From Bugula neritina (lineage: Eukaryota; Animalia; Bryozoa), in NCBI GenBank assembly GCA_964035545.1, contig OZ037765.1, positions 14,518,698 through 14,582,697 on the forward strand: DNA of 64,000 bases, written 5' to 3'. Shown in pieces: positions 24,683 through 39,500 of the stretch (positions within the stretch are counted from its first letter, which is position 1; the number at the start of each line of letters is the position of its first letter). The position numbers and the translations under genes were made by a program. The notes under the pieces are model-generated. The model saw only the letters and a program-made list of their open reading frames with translations, had not been told where the DNA came from and searched no databases.

Positions 24683-27600
24683 TATCATTATTATTATTAA
24701 AAGACAACTAACTAATGATTTCATTATTATGACCTTACTATTTTCTGCAGTAACATTACTTTTTCCATATTACTACAATAAATCAAGTTATACCACTTAA
24801 GTTTCCATACTCACCAGGTATAGGTCTTAGAAGTTGGGTTATACAAAATATGCATTGCGGGAAAATTTAGACCCATCTTATGGAGAATCATGACATAATC
24901 TGTGAAGGAGCTGCTGCGTTGTTTTATGAGGAATGAACCTTCACATACGACATTAGCATTTCTTTTCCATATGACTTTGAGGTAGTCCTTGCTGCAGGTA
25001 CACAACAGTTTCGCTGACTGACACCTTCAAGGTCTACTGAACAGCTTGGAAGTTTGTTATTATGCCTTCAGCAAAAATTTACTTTTAATTATCAAGCTAA
25101 ACATGTTTACTCGACAACAAATTTCACGATAATAATTTCCTTACAGCAGTATCATTAGCTGTGATTATTCGAAAGTGTGAAATATAGTCTATAGTACTCT
25201 ATACTTACTGCCCACCGTCTTTGCCATGACTGTGCAAACTAGAAAGATAAAAATTACTCATTACTGACACCACATGGAATGATTTCAAGGCAAAACTTCT
25301 ACTTTTGAGATCAAAGAGCTAACTGTCCAAGTGACAACAGAGGGATACAAACTTTAGTATAGGAATTTTAAGAAAAAATAACAATGAAAGACAAAATAAA
25401 ATATGTTGGTTACTATGATTTTACTGAGTATATAAAAGTCCAGATTTCAGCTATGAATAAATTTCAGAAAATAATGATAATTTCAAATTTTTTGAAGGGA
25501 CATCACCAATGATGTTCACTGCATGCTTTGGAACTGATTAAACAAATATAAATGAACAAAAATTTATATAATAGAATTTCATTTCACTCATCAAACCATG
25601 GGTTCAGCAAATGCTTTGCTGAAGAACTGTGGTAAGGCAGGTATAGAGCACTAAATGATGTATTGATGCAAACATTATAATATTCTTCATGTATGTAGTT
25701 TATTCTTTGTAATATAGAAATATTTCAAATAGATTTATTAAAAATACTATGCTTTAATCTTACTATTGGTAAACAATTTTATTTCCTACACTGTGACTTC
25801 CTGTACAACACACCAGCTATGGCCAATTATTTGGTAAAACCAATACAAGCCTCTTACCTCAATGGCCCATAACACTTGATGACATTCCACAGCTTCACCA
25901 TAGGTGAGTAGATTTGATTGGAAAGGCAATAATGGTAATCAAATGCAAGCCTGTAATATCCTTCCAGCAACGCAACAAATGACCTTGATTGGCATACTTC
26001 AGTAAATTCTAGTTGCTGTATATCGGAAACAATATAATTAAAGTTTTAAAAAACACAATATTTCAATTCAAATTCACCTAGACTCCTAGATTATATTGAT
26101 ACCTTGCCTAATTCACATGGTGGCTAGCATAGTTAAGGTCCACATGCAGTGGATATCTGCATGGACTTCTCAAAGAAACTTTACATAGGCAGCAAAATAC
26201 GGCTGTTTTGTGCACATTTCATGCTGACTGAGTACTGCAAAAAGTTTTTGGGGTAGTGATATTTTAATTGGCTGAGTACTATTTTTGTGAGCCCAATGAC
26301 AGTAAATACAACCACATGTGGTTTTACCAGTGGTAGGATCATTTACAGCTCCTTAGCCTAACAACCTAATGATATTCTAACAGCTTGCAAGTTGAATATG
26401 TAAACTGATTTTTAGAAGCTACATTTTTATTCTTTAAGATATACCTGTACACAGCTAGCATTGATAAAGCAGTTGTGATCTAAATAGAAAAGTTTTTAGT
26501 TTAATCAATGCTAAATAACATGAAGTCCAAAACTGGTTTTGAAATACGAAGTGCCAAATGGTCAAAAATTCACTTATTGTGTCTCATGTGCTTACAATAA
26601 AGTATCTAGCCATTTATACTTTCTCATATGCTCACAAAACGCTCTCATAGGTCTATAATTGGAAAAATGAATGTATGAGAGCAAGTTATAGACCTATGAG
26701 AGCGTTTTGTGAGCAATGAGAGAGAATAATGGCTAGATACTTTATTGTAAGCAGATGAGACAAAATAATAAGTGAATTTTTGACCATTGGCACCCCATAT
26801 TAAAACTGTAAAATTCTCTATTATTACAAACTTTTAGTCACTATAATAAAAACAAAAAAATGTCGTGCCAACAGATGCAGATTGTGGTATAAAAAAGCTG
26901 AGAAAGAAAATATTATTGAAAAGATGTAAAAGAGAGGCTTCTGAGAACAAGAAAAAGACTCCATATAAAACTACATTAATTTTATTCAAAGTCTTTTACC
27001 TAGGACAGACTTGACTGACTATGCAGTTGCAATACTTGAAAGAACATTAAAGACAGGTCTTGGCACATGTACTTTGCTTGTCCAGTCACACAATCATCAC
27101 AGAAAATAAATTAGCAGTTTACTCTCATCTGATGCTCTTTGAATATAAACTTTCAAAAGGCATTTGGCACCTCTTATCAACAAGGCAATGTGTGATGGAA
27201 AAAACTTATGGCCAATTTTTGAAAATCTGCGATCAAGCAGAAGAAATTATCATTTAGTACTGAAGGGGGAAGTGGTGGTAAAGAAGATTAAAGTAGGAAG
27301 GTAAGGAGAAATGAAAAAAAAACAAAAGGGAGATGAGAGTTACCTGAGGTTTGGAATCTGTGAAATGTAAGAGTACAGTCTCTCCAGTAAAGTCAATAGC
27401 AGTTAGCGATGATATGTTTCCCACAGGTTTCATCCCATTCTACAGAGTATAAAGTCATCCATTAGGACACTAGAAATGTTTTACAATACACAACAATTAC
27501 CCAACAGCATTCCTACCCCAGAGTTTACTGCCCTTCAAACCTATACCAGATACATACACCAGTTCCCTACCAATCTCAAGTTAAGTGCAGAGAATTATGT

Positions 27601-30600
27601 TCAGTTTTTCCATTAACTTGTCGCTTGGATCTCCAATATTTTGTCTCCTCTTATGCAAGAGTGACATGTTAGGAAAATTGGCTATCTATATTTATAGGGC
27701 ACATGTCTAAAATTTTGAAGGCTATAATATTTGCGTAACCATGAGTTTCTTCCAAAATTAAATTTACAACTCTTTACTGTATAAATATAAAAAAAAGATT
27801 GCATTATTGTCACAAATTCTTCTACATTACATTATACGATACTAATACGCTAACTAATTCTAAAAAGACTTTATTATTTAACGGAATACTGATAGCACTA
27901 GTAGAAATTGGTTTCAATAGTAAACAGCAATGTATACGATATAAGCTTTTGCAGGCAGCCTAATTTTCCTAAATATTAGGCCAGGTTGATCTGATGTTTT
28001 CTTAAATGGATTGATTGGTATGAGATTGAACTGAATTAAAACTGAGTTGACAAACTAGGCTTGACCTGCTTCTATGACTGAAATTGGCTGTGGTCAAACT
28101 GAGTCAATATATTATGATAAACAAGGGGAAGCTTACTTATGACACCATAATATTTAAAAGCAGCTCTCAATGGAAACCTGACTTCAATGAAAATTTAAAA
28201 AGGAAAAATTGAGATTAAGTGAGTTCAGTAATTTGTTAACCAATATCTATAGAGGAATAAAAAGTCTATAGCCTCCTTGAAACTTTCTTTATTTTCATTA
28301 AGTTTTCAAATTAAATTAAAAATATAAAATTCATCTTTGCTACTAGGCCTATTTCACAACCATAATGTATATACTACATTGACACTCAAAAAAGACCGAA
28401 ACTCAATATCTTGTGCGAGTTAGATTTTGCTCATTTCTAATGATAATTCTATATTTGCATGAAAGTATGATACTAGCTATTATTATATAGAGTATAAGCA
28501 CATGCCTTTCCCCGATCCAAATAAATGGCAGATGGTTTTTGGCAATATGGGTGAACAGCTAGCTTTCCTCTGCCGTCTTCATTTATTATTTCAAAGTGCT
28601 CACTAGCATATCTACAAGTGACAACAAGCAGCTCATGCAGTCTGTTCACATTCAGAGAACACAAAAAGAAAAGCCAGTGATAGGCTATTAGACAGGTATA
28701 TTATTATTCTTCAAACCTCTAATTGAAAAATTGTGAAATCAAACATTGGTTTTCAAACACTGGAAACATGAGCCTCCAAAGAGTAAGAAAATGGCATAAA
28801 TGGATTGCGACGACTGGATGTTAAAGGTTTTCTATCATGTAGCACGTTTTACATTATCAAAAAGTTTGAAATTTTCATAGAGTTTATTAGCATGTTATAG
28901 AAAAATAAAAGGTACTACATATACATGGTAAAAAATTGATTAACACTTTATTTGGATGCTTCATTTAGATACATATTGGAATTATACTGCGCAAATAACA
29001 CTAAAATATTTAAAGTCAGCAAACGTTGAGCTTTATCATCATCCAAAACACTGCCGAGTTACTGAAGACTTTTAAAAATATGATGATTAGTAAAAAGAAA
29101 TGTAAAAGAAATGAGACTTGGGTGTAACCATGATGTTGAGAAAATCTTGAGAATGAACACTTACTCGGGTACAGAGGCGAGCAGTTTTTTAAGATAGCTC
29201 ACTATGCAGTTGCGGTGTGGTTTATCCCCTGAATTAATATACTTGTTATAAGTCTCCTCTAAGGACGTGTTCAGCGATTTGGTAAGTTGTCGTTTCACAA
29301 TAATTCCCTTTATCTTTTTGGCAACATGCCGAGGGAGAAAACTGTGGTATTCAAACTTTTCTTTCAACTGCTTCAAACTGTAGTGCTTTTCGAATGCAAG
29401 ACGGCACATGTCAACCAATGCCAGACCAATGCTTAAATCTTCCTACAAAACCATCAAAAAGTATCAAGAAAGGGAAAAATACATACACATCACAAGTGTT
29501 GCACAATGAACTATAAATATGGGCTAAATTTTACCGTCAACTAAATATATTCAGTCATAACGGTAATTTGACTGAGCTCCACTAATAATTTAACATAGGT
29601 CTATAAACTTAGCTTGAATTATTAAGCAGATAGTGAAAAGCGAAAATGTGCAGCCATTAAAACTTTCTACATGCAAGTTGTGAGTGTAATAGTTTAGCTG
29701 TATCAAATTAAAAACCGATGCCACTCAATAAATTCTTACCCCTTTCAATCATTTTCCAAATACTGAAATAAATTAATTAACCTTACGCATTACAAAATAA
29801 CTCAGTTAACATCTTAGTAATGTACAAATAAAACAATTTCACTGACTTTCTTGGCTTTGTAAAATCATCCTGGCAAAATATCCTACCCTCAACAGGAATA
29901 CTAAATGTTTTTAGTTTGTGATATTACCGGGTTTTCTTTAAGCTTAGTAGCATACTCAAAGAGCATAAAGGTTTACAGGCTCAAGTAAAACTTTTAAGTT
30001 ACACTACGTAATCAGTTACTTATGGATTTTATGCAATATACATTTTAAAAGGTATCACATAAAGATCGAAAGTCATGAATTTTTACATAAAAATATAATT
30101 ATTTCAGTGAACACTATTTCATTGAGTTTTTTTCAGGTCATATACTGTTTTGTTTCCTATTGAAATAAATGTACAGAAACTTTGCACTTTTCCCAGCAAA
30201 TGTGGGGAAAAATTTGTTTGCACATTTTCTATTTTTGTGGCTTAAATTCGTGAAAACAACCAAATTGAACCAACAAAACTATTTAACAACTATAGCAAAC
30301 TAATTTACTATGCATAAAACAATCACACAGATAATTACATTAGTTAGGAAAATGGTACCCATTTTTAATTTAATTGCATAGTTTAATGCTACTTTGATTG
30401 AGTATACATAACTGAGTCCACTGGCAATTAAGCAAAACCTTGTCAAAATTGGTATGGAAAATTTAAAAATAATCAAGAACCATGAGTTACCTTGACATGA
30501 GAATGGTAGACATCATGCAACATATCATGAATGAAATCCTGTCTACATTGCACAAAATAGTAGTAAAAAGCACCGGAATCCCTGACGTCATAGAAATTTA

Positions 30601-31246
30601 ATTCTTGCAAAGAACTTGGATAATGGAAGCGTATTCTTAGAACAAATTCAATTGACATAGTCTGATCGCTGAGTCGTATTTCCTCATTGGGAGCCTAACA
30701 AAACAAGTGGACCATCAGAATTTAAATACTAACACAGTTTATTTGAAGTGAAAGGTCTAGTTATTATGAAAGAAAAATAGTTTAAACATAATTGAACATA
30801 GGTAGGAAAACTATGAAATTGTATATTATGCTTTAGGTCACACAGATTAACATGAATGATTGTCTGAAACTTTTTGCTGTCCATTAAAATTTATCAACTG
30901 CATATAACTATACATTGCATATATTTTACACTATAGATGTGCTTACAACAAATCAGCATCTTTAAACAAGGTAAGCAGTATTTGAAATTGTAACTTGGCC
31001 ATAATTTATACTTTTGTCCCTGAAAATAGACAAATTCAAATAACTATTGCAAAAACTGACTGCGAAACCTAGAAAAGCATGCTAAAATGCATTGCTACTA
31101 TTGCAAAAATTATTTATTACTACTATAAACAACCACCCACCCCAAACCCAAATCCCTATTTATTACTACTATTAACAACCACCCACGCACGCGCCTTCAA
31201 AGTAGCAGAAACTTATGTTTTTACTAAAGCATATTTAAGAGGTGTG

Positions 31247-31313
<67 letters not shown>

Positions 31314-31652
31314 GAGAGTTTAAAACACTTTGCTACCCAAAAGGTTCTCAGATTTAGCGACACTAAGTAAAACAATTACCAAATATTGCCGAGAATCACA
31401 ACTCCACAATTGAAACAGATGTAGAGATCCAGGGTATATCTTGAGATATTCCGAGTCTCCATCTGAAGGTTCTATTTCATAAAACTGGAAGGCATGGTTA
31501 GTAAAAAGATGAATACAAAGTTCTTCTGCCAGCATTGAACCTGCCACTTCAGATGGTAATAGTGTGTATGTTTTAGCACTCTGTGAAGAGTAAAAATGCA
31601 CATGTATCCCTGGTTTGGTTTTGAAAAGTTTCCTATCGATTCCAATATCCAT
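14138..31652 (-). CDS. JAK: Janus kinase (FERM, SH2-like, pseudokinase JH2, tyrosine kinase JH1), ~1178 aa, 20 coding exons
   Basis: Exons 31652-31380, 30694-30491, 29442-29165, 28611-28506, 27439-27344, 26015-25858, 24991-24815, 24237-24095, 23121-22972, 22770-22658, 22544-22335, 21893-21739, 21646-21505, 19144-18934, 17881-17619, 16533-16314, 15798-15659, 15569-15391, 14784-14651, 14322-14138; phases agree, total 3537 nt. Motifs [77 protein letters not shown]. Confidence 0.92.
14787..14910. repeat. 21-bp minisatellite abutting a JAK splice acceptor
   Basis: AATGTACAAYGTTGTGGTAGT-like unit, about 4-5 copies. Confidence 0.8.
18407..18834. mobile_element. Foldback MITE (~208-bp arms, ~12-nt loop)
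   Basis: 18407-18615 is a near-perfect reverse complement of 18627-18834. Confidence 0.85.
19674..20948. mobile_element. Non-autonomous TIR DNA transposon (TAG-initiated, possibly Academ-type)
   Basis: TAGCCCAGAGATGATCTACATCAGAGTGGCGA versus reverse complement TAAATCAGAGATCATCTATATGAGAGTGGCGA; the left 300-400 bp recur at 53651-53981 and 61066-61537. Confidence 0.7.
22022..22078. repeat. (TA)n microsatellite; others at ~24628-24677, 31249-31311, 31810-31972, 52146-52294, 63405-63556
   Basis: Pure or compound TA runs. Confidence 0.95.
22080..22262. mobile_element. Small MITE-like element with 29-bp perfect inverted repeat
   Basis: AGCTTAAATTACACTTTTCACCAAGACAT (22080-22108) inverted at 22234-22262. 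Confidence 0.65.
23184..23636. mobile_element. Non-autonomous TIR element (possibly Kolobok-type)
   Basis: 19-bp perfect inverted repeat TAAAGTTGCGTTTATACCT at both ends; TTAA-like borders are imperfect. Confidence 0.65.
26535..26807. mobile_element. Foldback MITE
   Basis: ~26551-26660 is the reverse complement of ~26683-26793. Confidence 0.8.
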
Positions 31653-31806
31653 TTTCCCTATTGAACATAGTGAAAATATATCAAAAATCATAAGAAAAGT
31701 GTTGGTAAATACACGATTTAACAAACATTAAGATTTTTATGTTGTGTTACTTATAGTTATTATATTTATGCTGTAGAGACTACTGTTTATTTGTAAATCT
31801 ACATCT

Positions 31807-31926
<120 letters not shown>

Positions 31927-31941
31927 TATATATATATATAT

Positions 31942-31972
<31 letters not shown>

Positions 31973-33155
31973 GAACATGACAACACACAATTGTCAATCG
32001 TCGTCTGATTCATGCAGTAATAACAAACGACTCTATTGCATGCAGTAAACATTCAACACATTACAAGGATTATAGCTATTCTACTGACAAGTGGTAACCA
32101 GCATTTAGCAACATGAATAAAACTCAATAAAAATTTTATAATTATAATTAAAGTAATATGTCAACAGCTATTATGTATCGGCATATTTTAGTAAATTTTA
32201 GTAACAATTAAGAAGTTTTTATAGTGGCTAAATAGAAAAAATGATAAGCTTGTGTATGAACTTGATAATAATAATAAAAACTTCATTATTATATAATCAA
32301 ATTCAATTTTAGAAAACGAGGAGGGTACAAATAAAAATCAGGTCAGTAGAGAATGATTGGTGGACCCGGAAATCTGAGGAACTTCAGACACTGACCAAGA
32401 CAAAGAATAGCAAGTAAATTTTTTCTCATCCAAATGTTGTATGGCCCAACTTTTGGAGGATATGGGTCATTAGCTTTCCCAAAGATGGTTCCATAATGCA
32501 TTTAAAGAGAGATATAAGACCAACGGCAGATGGGTTCAACATTTTTTAGAAATGTTCCAACAAGATACTTTAGTGGACGGCAAGTAACTAAACAGCTACC
32601 CAAACAAAACACATCACCAGGGCCAGATTCAGCCACAATTTCATGACAATTTCGTCTGATTGGTTTTCAGGTTGAAGAATAGTGGTACCACTTAGTAATT
32701 ACTGATAGTAATACTAATAGTATTACTATTAATAGTAATAGTATTACTAATAGTATTACTACTACCAAGTAACCCAAAAACAACTATTTCAGTTATTTAT
32801 TTATTGCCTAATATATGATTATATAGATTTCATTGTTTTATTACTTTTGTGACTTGGCTAAAAGGATAAACTTGTAGTCCTTTGTCTAAAAATTTAGATA
32901 TAATCTGAAGCTTCAACTTCAGGTATTACTATTATTATTACTATTAGTTTTAGAATGAGTATGAGTATGACTATGAAACTTGGTGCCTGCTTTTAGTTTT
33001 ACTTGTAGCAGCAGTAAAGTAGTAGTACTGCTACTACTAGTCTGACATTCAAAACTTTATATACTTATAGTCTTATTTCCTAATTATCGCAGATAACTGC
33101 AGTAACTGTAAGACTAAGTGTAAATGTAATAGTAATAGTAATACTAAGTCTCACA

Positions 33156-33525
33156 CAGGGGTGTCTAATCTTTTTCAGAGTGATGGCCACTGAAAGAGAA
33201 AATTTCATGGCGAGGCCCAGCATCAGTAATTTTCAAATACTTTGTTCCAAATTCTTATGAATCATTGCACAATAAAGTCCAAGTAGTCACTAAAGGCTGT
33301 ATGTTTTGTAATATGCGTATAAATTATAAATAACTAATACTAATAGTAATAAGACATTTAAAAAGGTTTTTTCACTCTAATTCATATACTTATACTTATA
33401 GTTATACGGTGTGAACAATAAATGAATAATTTTATGCGTTATGCCTTTGAGTTCAAGGGGCAGGGCCACAAAATTGTAGGCTGGGGGCCACATCCGGCCC
33501 TGAGACCACCTGTTGGACAGCCAGG
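33156..33525. mobile_element. hAT (Charlie-like) MITE
   Basis: Ends CAGGGGTGTCTAA / TTGGACAGCCAGG; 8-bp flanks GTCTCACA / GTCTAACA; related ends at ~37563-37610 and 40390-40457. Confidence 0.75.
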
Positions 33526-33843
33526 GTCTAACACAATGACAATACTAATATGAATATCATGGTCATTATGATTATCATTATGAATATCATTATCAATTTC
33601 AATATGAATATGAACTAAAATAAAAATATCAATATGAATATGAATATCATTATCAATTTGTCAATCAATATCAGTGAATATGGATATGAACTTTAAAGCC
33701 AGTGTGATGGTTGTGATAACCTATGACTACTGAATATACTTATAGTATTAGTTACACTATTTGGTATTAGTTATACTTATATTGAGTATAATAATATTAT
33801 TTTGAAGCTTTACTTCTGGTAAAAGCAGCGTATCCATCATTAC

Positions 33844-34067
33844 CTGAGATATAGAGTTACCCTCTCTAGTGACTATGAATAGCGTAACTTGTCAATAAAA
33901 TAATCTTGATACATTAGAAAAAAGTTAGTTGTGTATTTTATTTGTTTAAAAAAAATTTGAAATAAAAATTTTCTGTTATTTTTTAAACGCTTTTGACAAA
34001 AACATCAAAAAGCTTATATCTTATAATAGAGATTATAAGCTACATCCGACCTTTCTACTACGTGAAA
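33844..34067. promoter_or_regulatory. Putative bidirectional promoter for JAK (non-coding exon 1) and RPS15, with TCT/5'TOP motif
   Basis: CCTTTCT at 34050-34056 before the RPS15 ATG; minus-strand donor CAG|GTAATG at 33843; the JAK ATG exon begins with an acceptor at 31657, so an upstream UTR exon is needed. Confidence 0.5.
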
Positions 34068-36321
<2,254 letters not shown>

Positions 36322-36522
36322 ATGTATTTAATGATGTTTAAAATGGCAATAAATGTAATGCACCATTGAATCTTTGCTTGTCTGTATGTAAATGTGTTGC
36401 TTCCAACATATAAAGAGATTTTTACATGCATTCTACATGTATTTTAATGTTTGAAAAATACAGGTTGGCACAGGTGTGAAATAATATTAATATAAACTTT
36501 TGTGATGTAGGGTACTTGTTCA

Positions 36523-39500
36523 TCAGTTGTATTCCTGAGCTAATGGTGTTACTGAGTTGTAATGTTCACCAAGTTCATATAATTTTTTATGGTAGCTGCA
36601 AATACAGATTAATATTGTGTTATAACAATAGGAAAATTTGTATTATCTGAATAAATATAACTGCAAACAATGCATCAAGTTTGTATAACTGCAAAAATGA
36701 ATAACCTTACATTAGGGTGAGAGGCGTGGTATGGTTATCTTGAGTATGGCAGTCTGGTTCTATCAGTATGTCCTGCGACTCAGCTTGGATAATTAGTATT
36801 GAGCGTTTAAGTATTGCTGTTAGTGCCTTGATCTGAAAAACCGGTGCACAATAAAATTCAAGGCTATACATGTATGTATTATAATTATAAGCGATGGCTA
36901 GGCTTTGCATGTTTATTAAAATCATAATATATTTAAATAGATATACAATACTTACGCGTGTGTATGTGCATATATATGCATTTAATTAAAATAGGTAAAG
37001 AAGAAACATTTCATTTTTATTACTTAAATAATCAATAACTATATATGCATTTATGCCTGTGCATAAAAAATTATACATATATACATACAAAGTATATATT
37101 CATGATTGCACATGCAAATTTAAACAAGATGCGCCAGTGCTAAAAGTCTGTACTCATACCGATATAGTTGATTTTACAACCATCAGTGAGACACTTGTGA
37201 GTACACAGTGAGTACTGTTTGCCTTGAACAATTCTGTTGATATCTAGTTTCGTATCAGAACATGCAACCCTTAGTTGCTGGACCAAGTGCTGATTAGTGA
37301 GTGAGTGAAGTGTAGTATCTATTTTTGTGTATTTCATTTGACTGAAAATTCAAAGTTCAAGCCGTCTCAGTGCAGTGCAGCATCTAACAAGCAGTTAAAG
37401 GTCAAAGGTCAAGATGATTACAACTCCCAAATCATTTCAGTACATACTCGCACAAAATTCATTATAAAACAAAATTGTTTAGGCATCTAACCTTAAAACA
37501 GTATGTAAATGAAAACGAACATATATACAATAATATTTTAGTACTGCATAAGTGAAGTGTGTCAGGGGGGGGGGGATCCGGCCCTCCAGCTATATTTGTG
37601 TGGCCCCCAAGGTATAGCAAGTTACAAACTTTTTGTTTAGATCAAATTTGCTAGCTAGCCTGAAACAGCAGCACGTGGGATAGTTGAAAGCATCCCAAGC
37701 AAGAATTTCTATTAAAATGTAGTTTAGGTTCTTGTACAATATTGTTTTGTGTGTGGCATGCGTGTTACCTACTTATCATTGTTTAGCCTGAAATCAAATT
37801 ACAACCAATAACAGCAAGCTAGTCACTATAGCCTGTTCGCTAGCAAGCCTGTGACTTATAGTTTACTGCTTAAAAAGAAATATACCATTTCCAGTGTATA
37901 AATCCACAATTTATATAAAATCTATAAATCATTGCTTTTTTTTATTCAGATATCATGTTTTTCTGCTAAGATATTTTACTGGTATTACAAAAATCAACTT
38001 TGAGGCAAAATTAGCCAAAAATGTGCAGTTTTTTCTTTAACTTTGCAAAAGAATGAAAAAATTCTAAAAAAGCTGCACTGAGAAAAAAATAAGATTCACA
38101 CCATAGTTTTAAATTTTGATTCTAGAAGCCTGAGATTGTTTTTACTGGTACTGAATTTTTACACAGTTACAATGCAAACCTCAGCAAGGCAGTTGCAGAT
38201 AAAAAGTTGCCCTTAGCTATCCTGTGCAGACAGATATTTCAAAAACATTTAATCAGGACAGGCCATATAGAGACAAGTTTTTTTTTTAAAGTATAACTAA
38301 GATCTCATTTTTATTGATTGTATTGTGAAAGACAAGTAGTTGAAGAATCCCTGACATACTTCACTTATGAAGTACTAAAATATTCTTATGTATATGTTAG
38401 TTTTCATTTACATACTGTTTTAAGGTTAGATGCCTAAACAATTTTGTTTTATAACGAATTTTGTGCGAGTATGTACTGAAATGATTTGGGATTTGTGATT
38501 GCCTTGAACTTTGACCTTTAACTGCTTGTTACACGAGCTTTCCATGTACCGATCTCATCTAACCTTAAAACAGTACGTAAATGAAAACTAACATATACAT
38601 AAGAATATTTTAGTACTTCATAAATGAAGTGTGTCAGGGATTCTTCAACTACTTGTCTTTCACAATACAATCAATAAAAATGAGATCTTAGTTATACTTT
38701 CAAAAAAAACTTGTCTCTATATGGCCTGTCCTGAATAAATGTTTTTTAAATATCTGTCTGCACAGGATAGCTAAGGGCAATTGAATTTTCTTAATCATTG
38801 TGCTGAAAGTCAAAGTTTTGGCATCTGAAAAGGTGGCTATCATAATTATTTAATACTTTGCTTAGTAATTATCAATAAGTTATCATTTTTATTAGCAGAC
38901 AACATTGTAGCGAGCAGTCTTTTTCAACTTCTCAGATCGATATGGCGTTTTTCCATGGTCTTATTGACATGAAATCGATCTGAGTTCGAGCTCTACAGAC
39001 CGACCAGCTCAGAACGACTGAGATCGATCTTTGCCGTCTTTCCATGGATCGATCTCGCCGAGATCGATCTGAGATCGGTACATGGAAAGCTGCACAGCAT
39101 TCACCGGCTTTCCATGTGCATGGAAAAACGGCAAAAATCGATCTCAATCGTTCTGAGCTGGTCGGTCTGTAGAGCTGGAACTCAACTAGATCTCAAGGCA
39201 ATAAGACCATGGAAAGACGAAAGATCAATCCAAGAAGTAGAAAAATGACTGCTCGCTAAAATGTTGTCTGCTAATAAAAATGATAAATTATTGTTAATTA
39301 CTAAGCAAAGTACTTAATAATTAAAATAGCCACCTTTTCAAGTGGCAAAACTTTGACTTTCAGTAAAATGAAACTTAATTATGTAAAATTATAGACGGTA
39401 GAAGATACAAAAAGTGAGCATTTAAATTGAATTTAAACGACTAGTATAACGCACTGTCATTAGTTATTTGCTGCGTAATTTTAAGCCTAATAGCCCCATA

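Noticed and set aside
32300-32690. Possible LINE 3' remnant in the first JAK intron
   Set aside because: Only a WNHL-like word; insufficient support.
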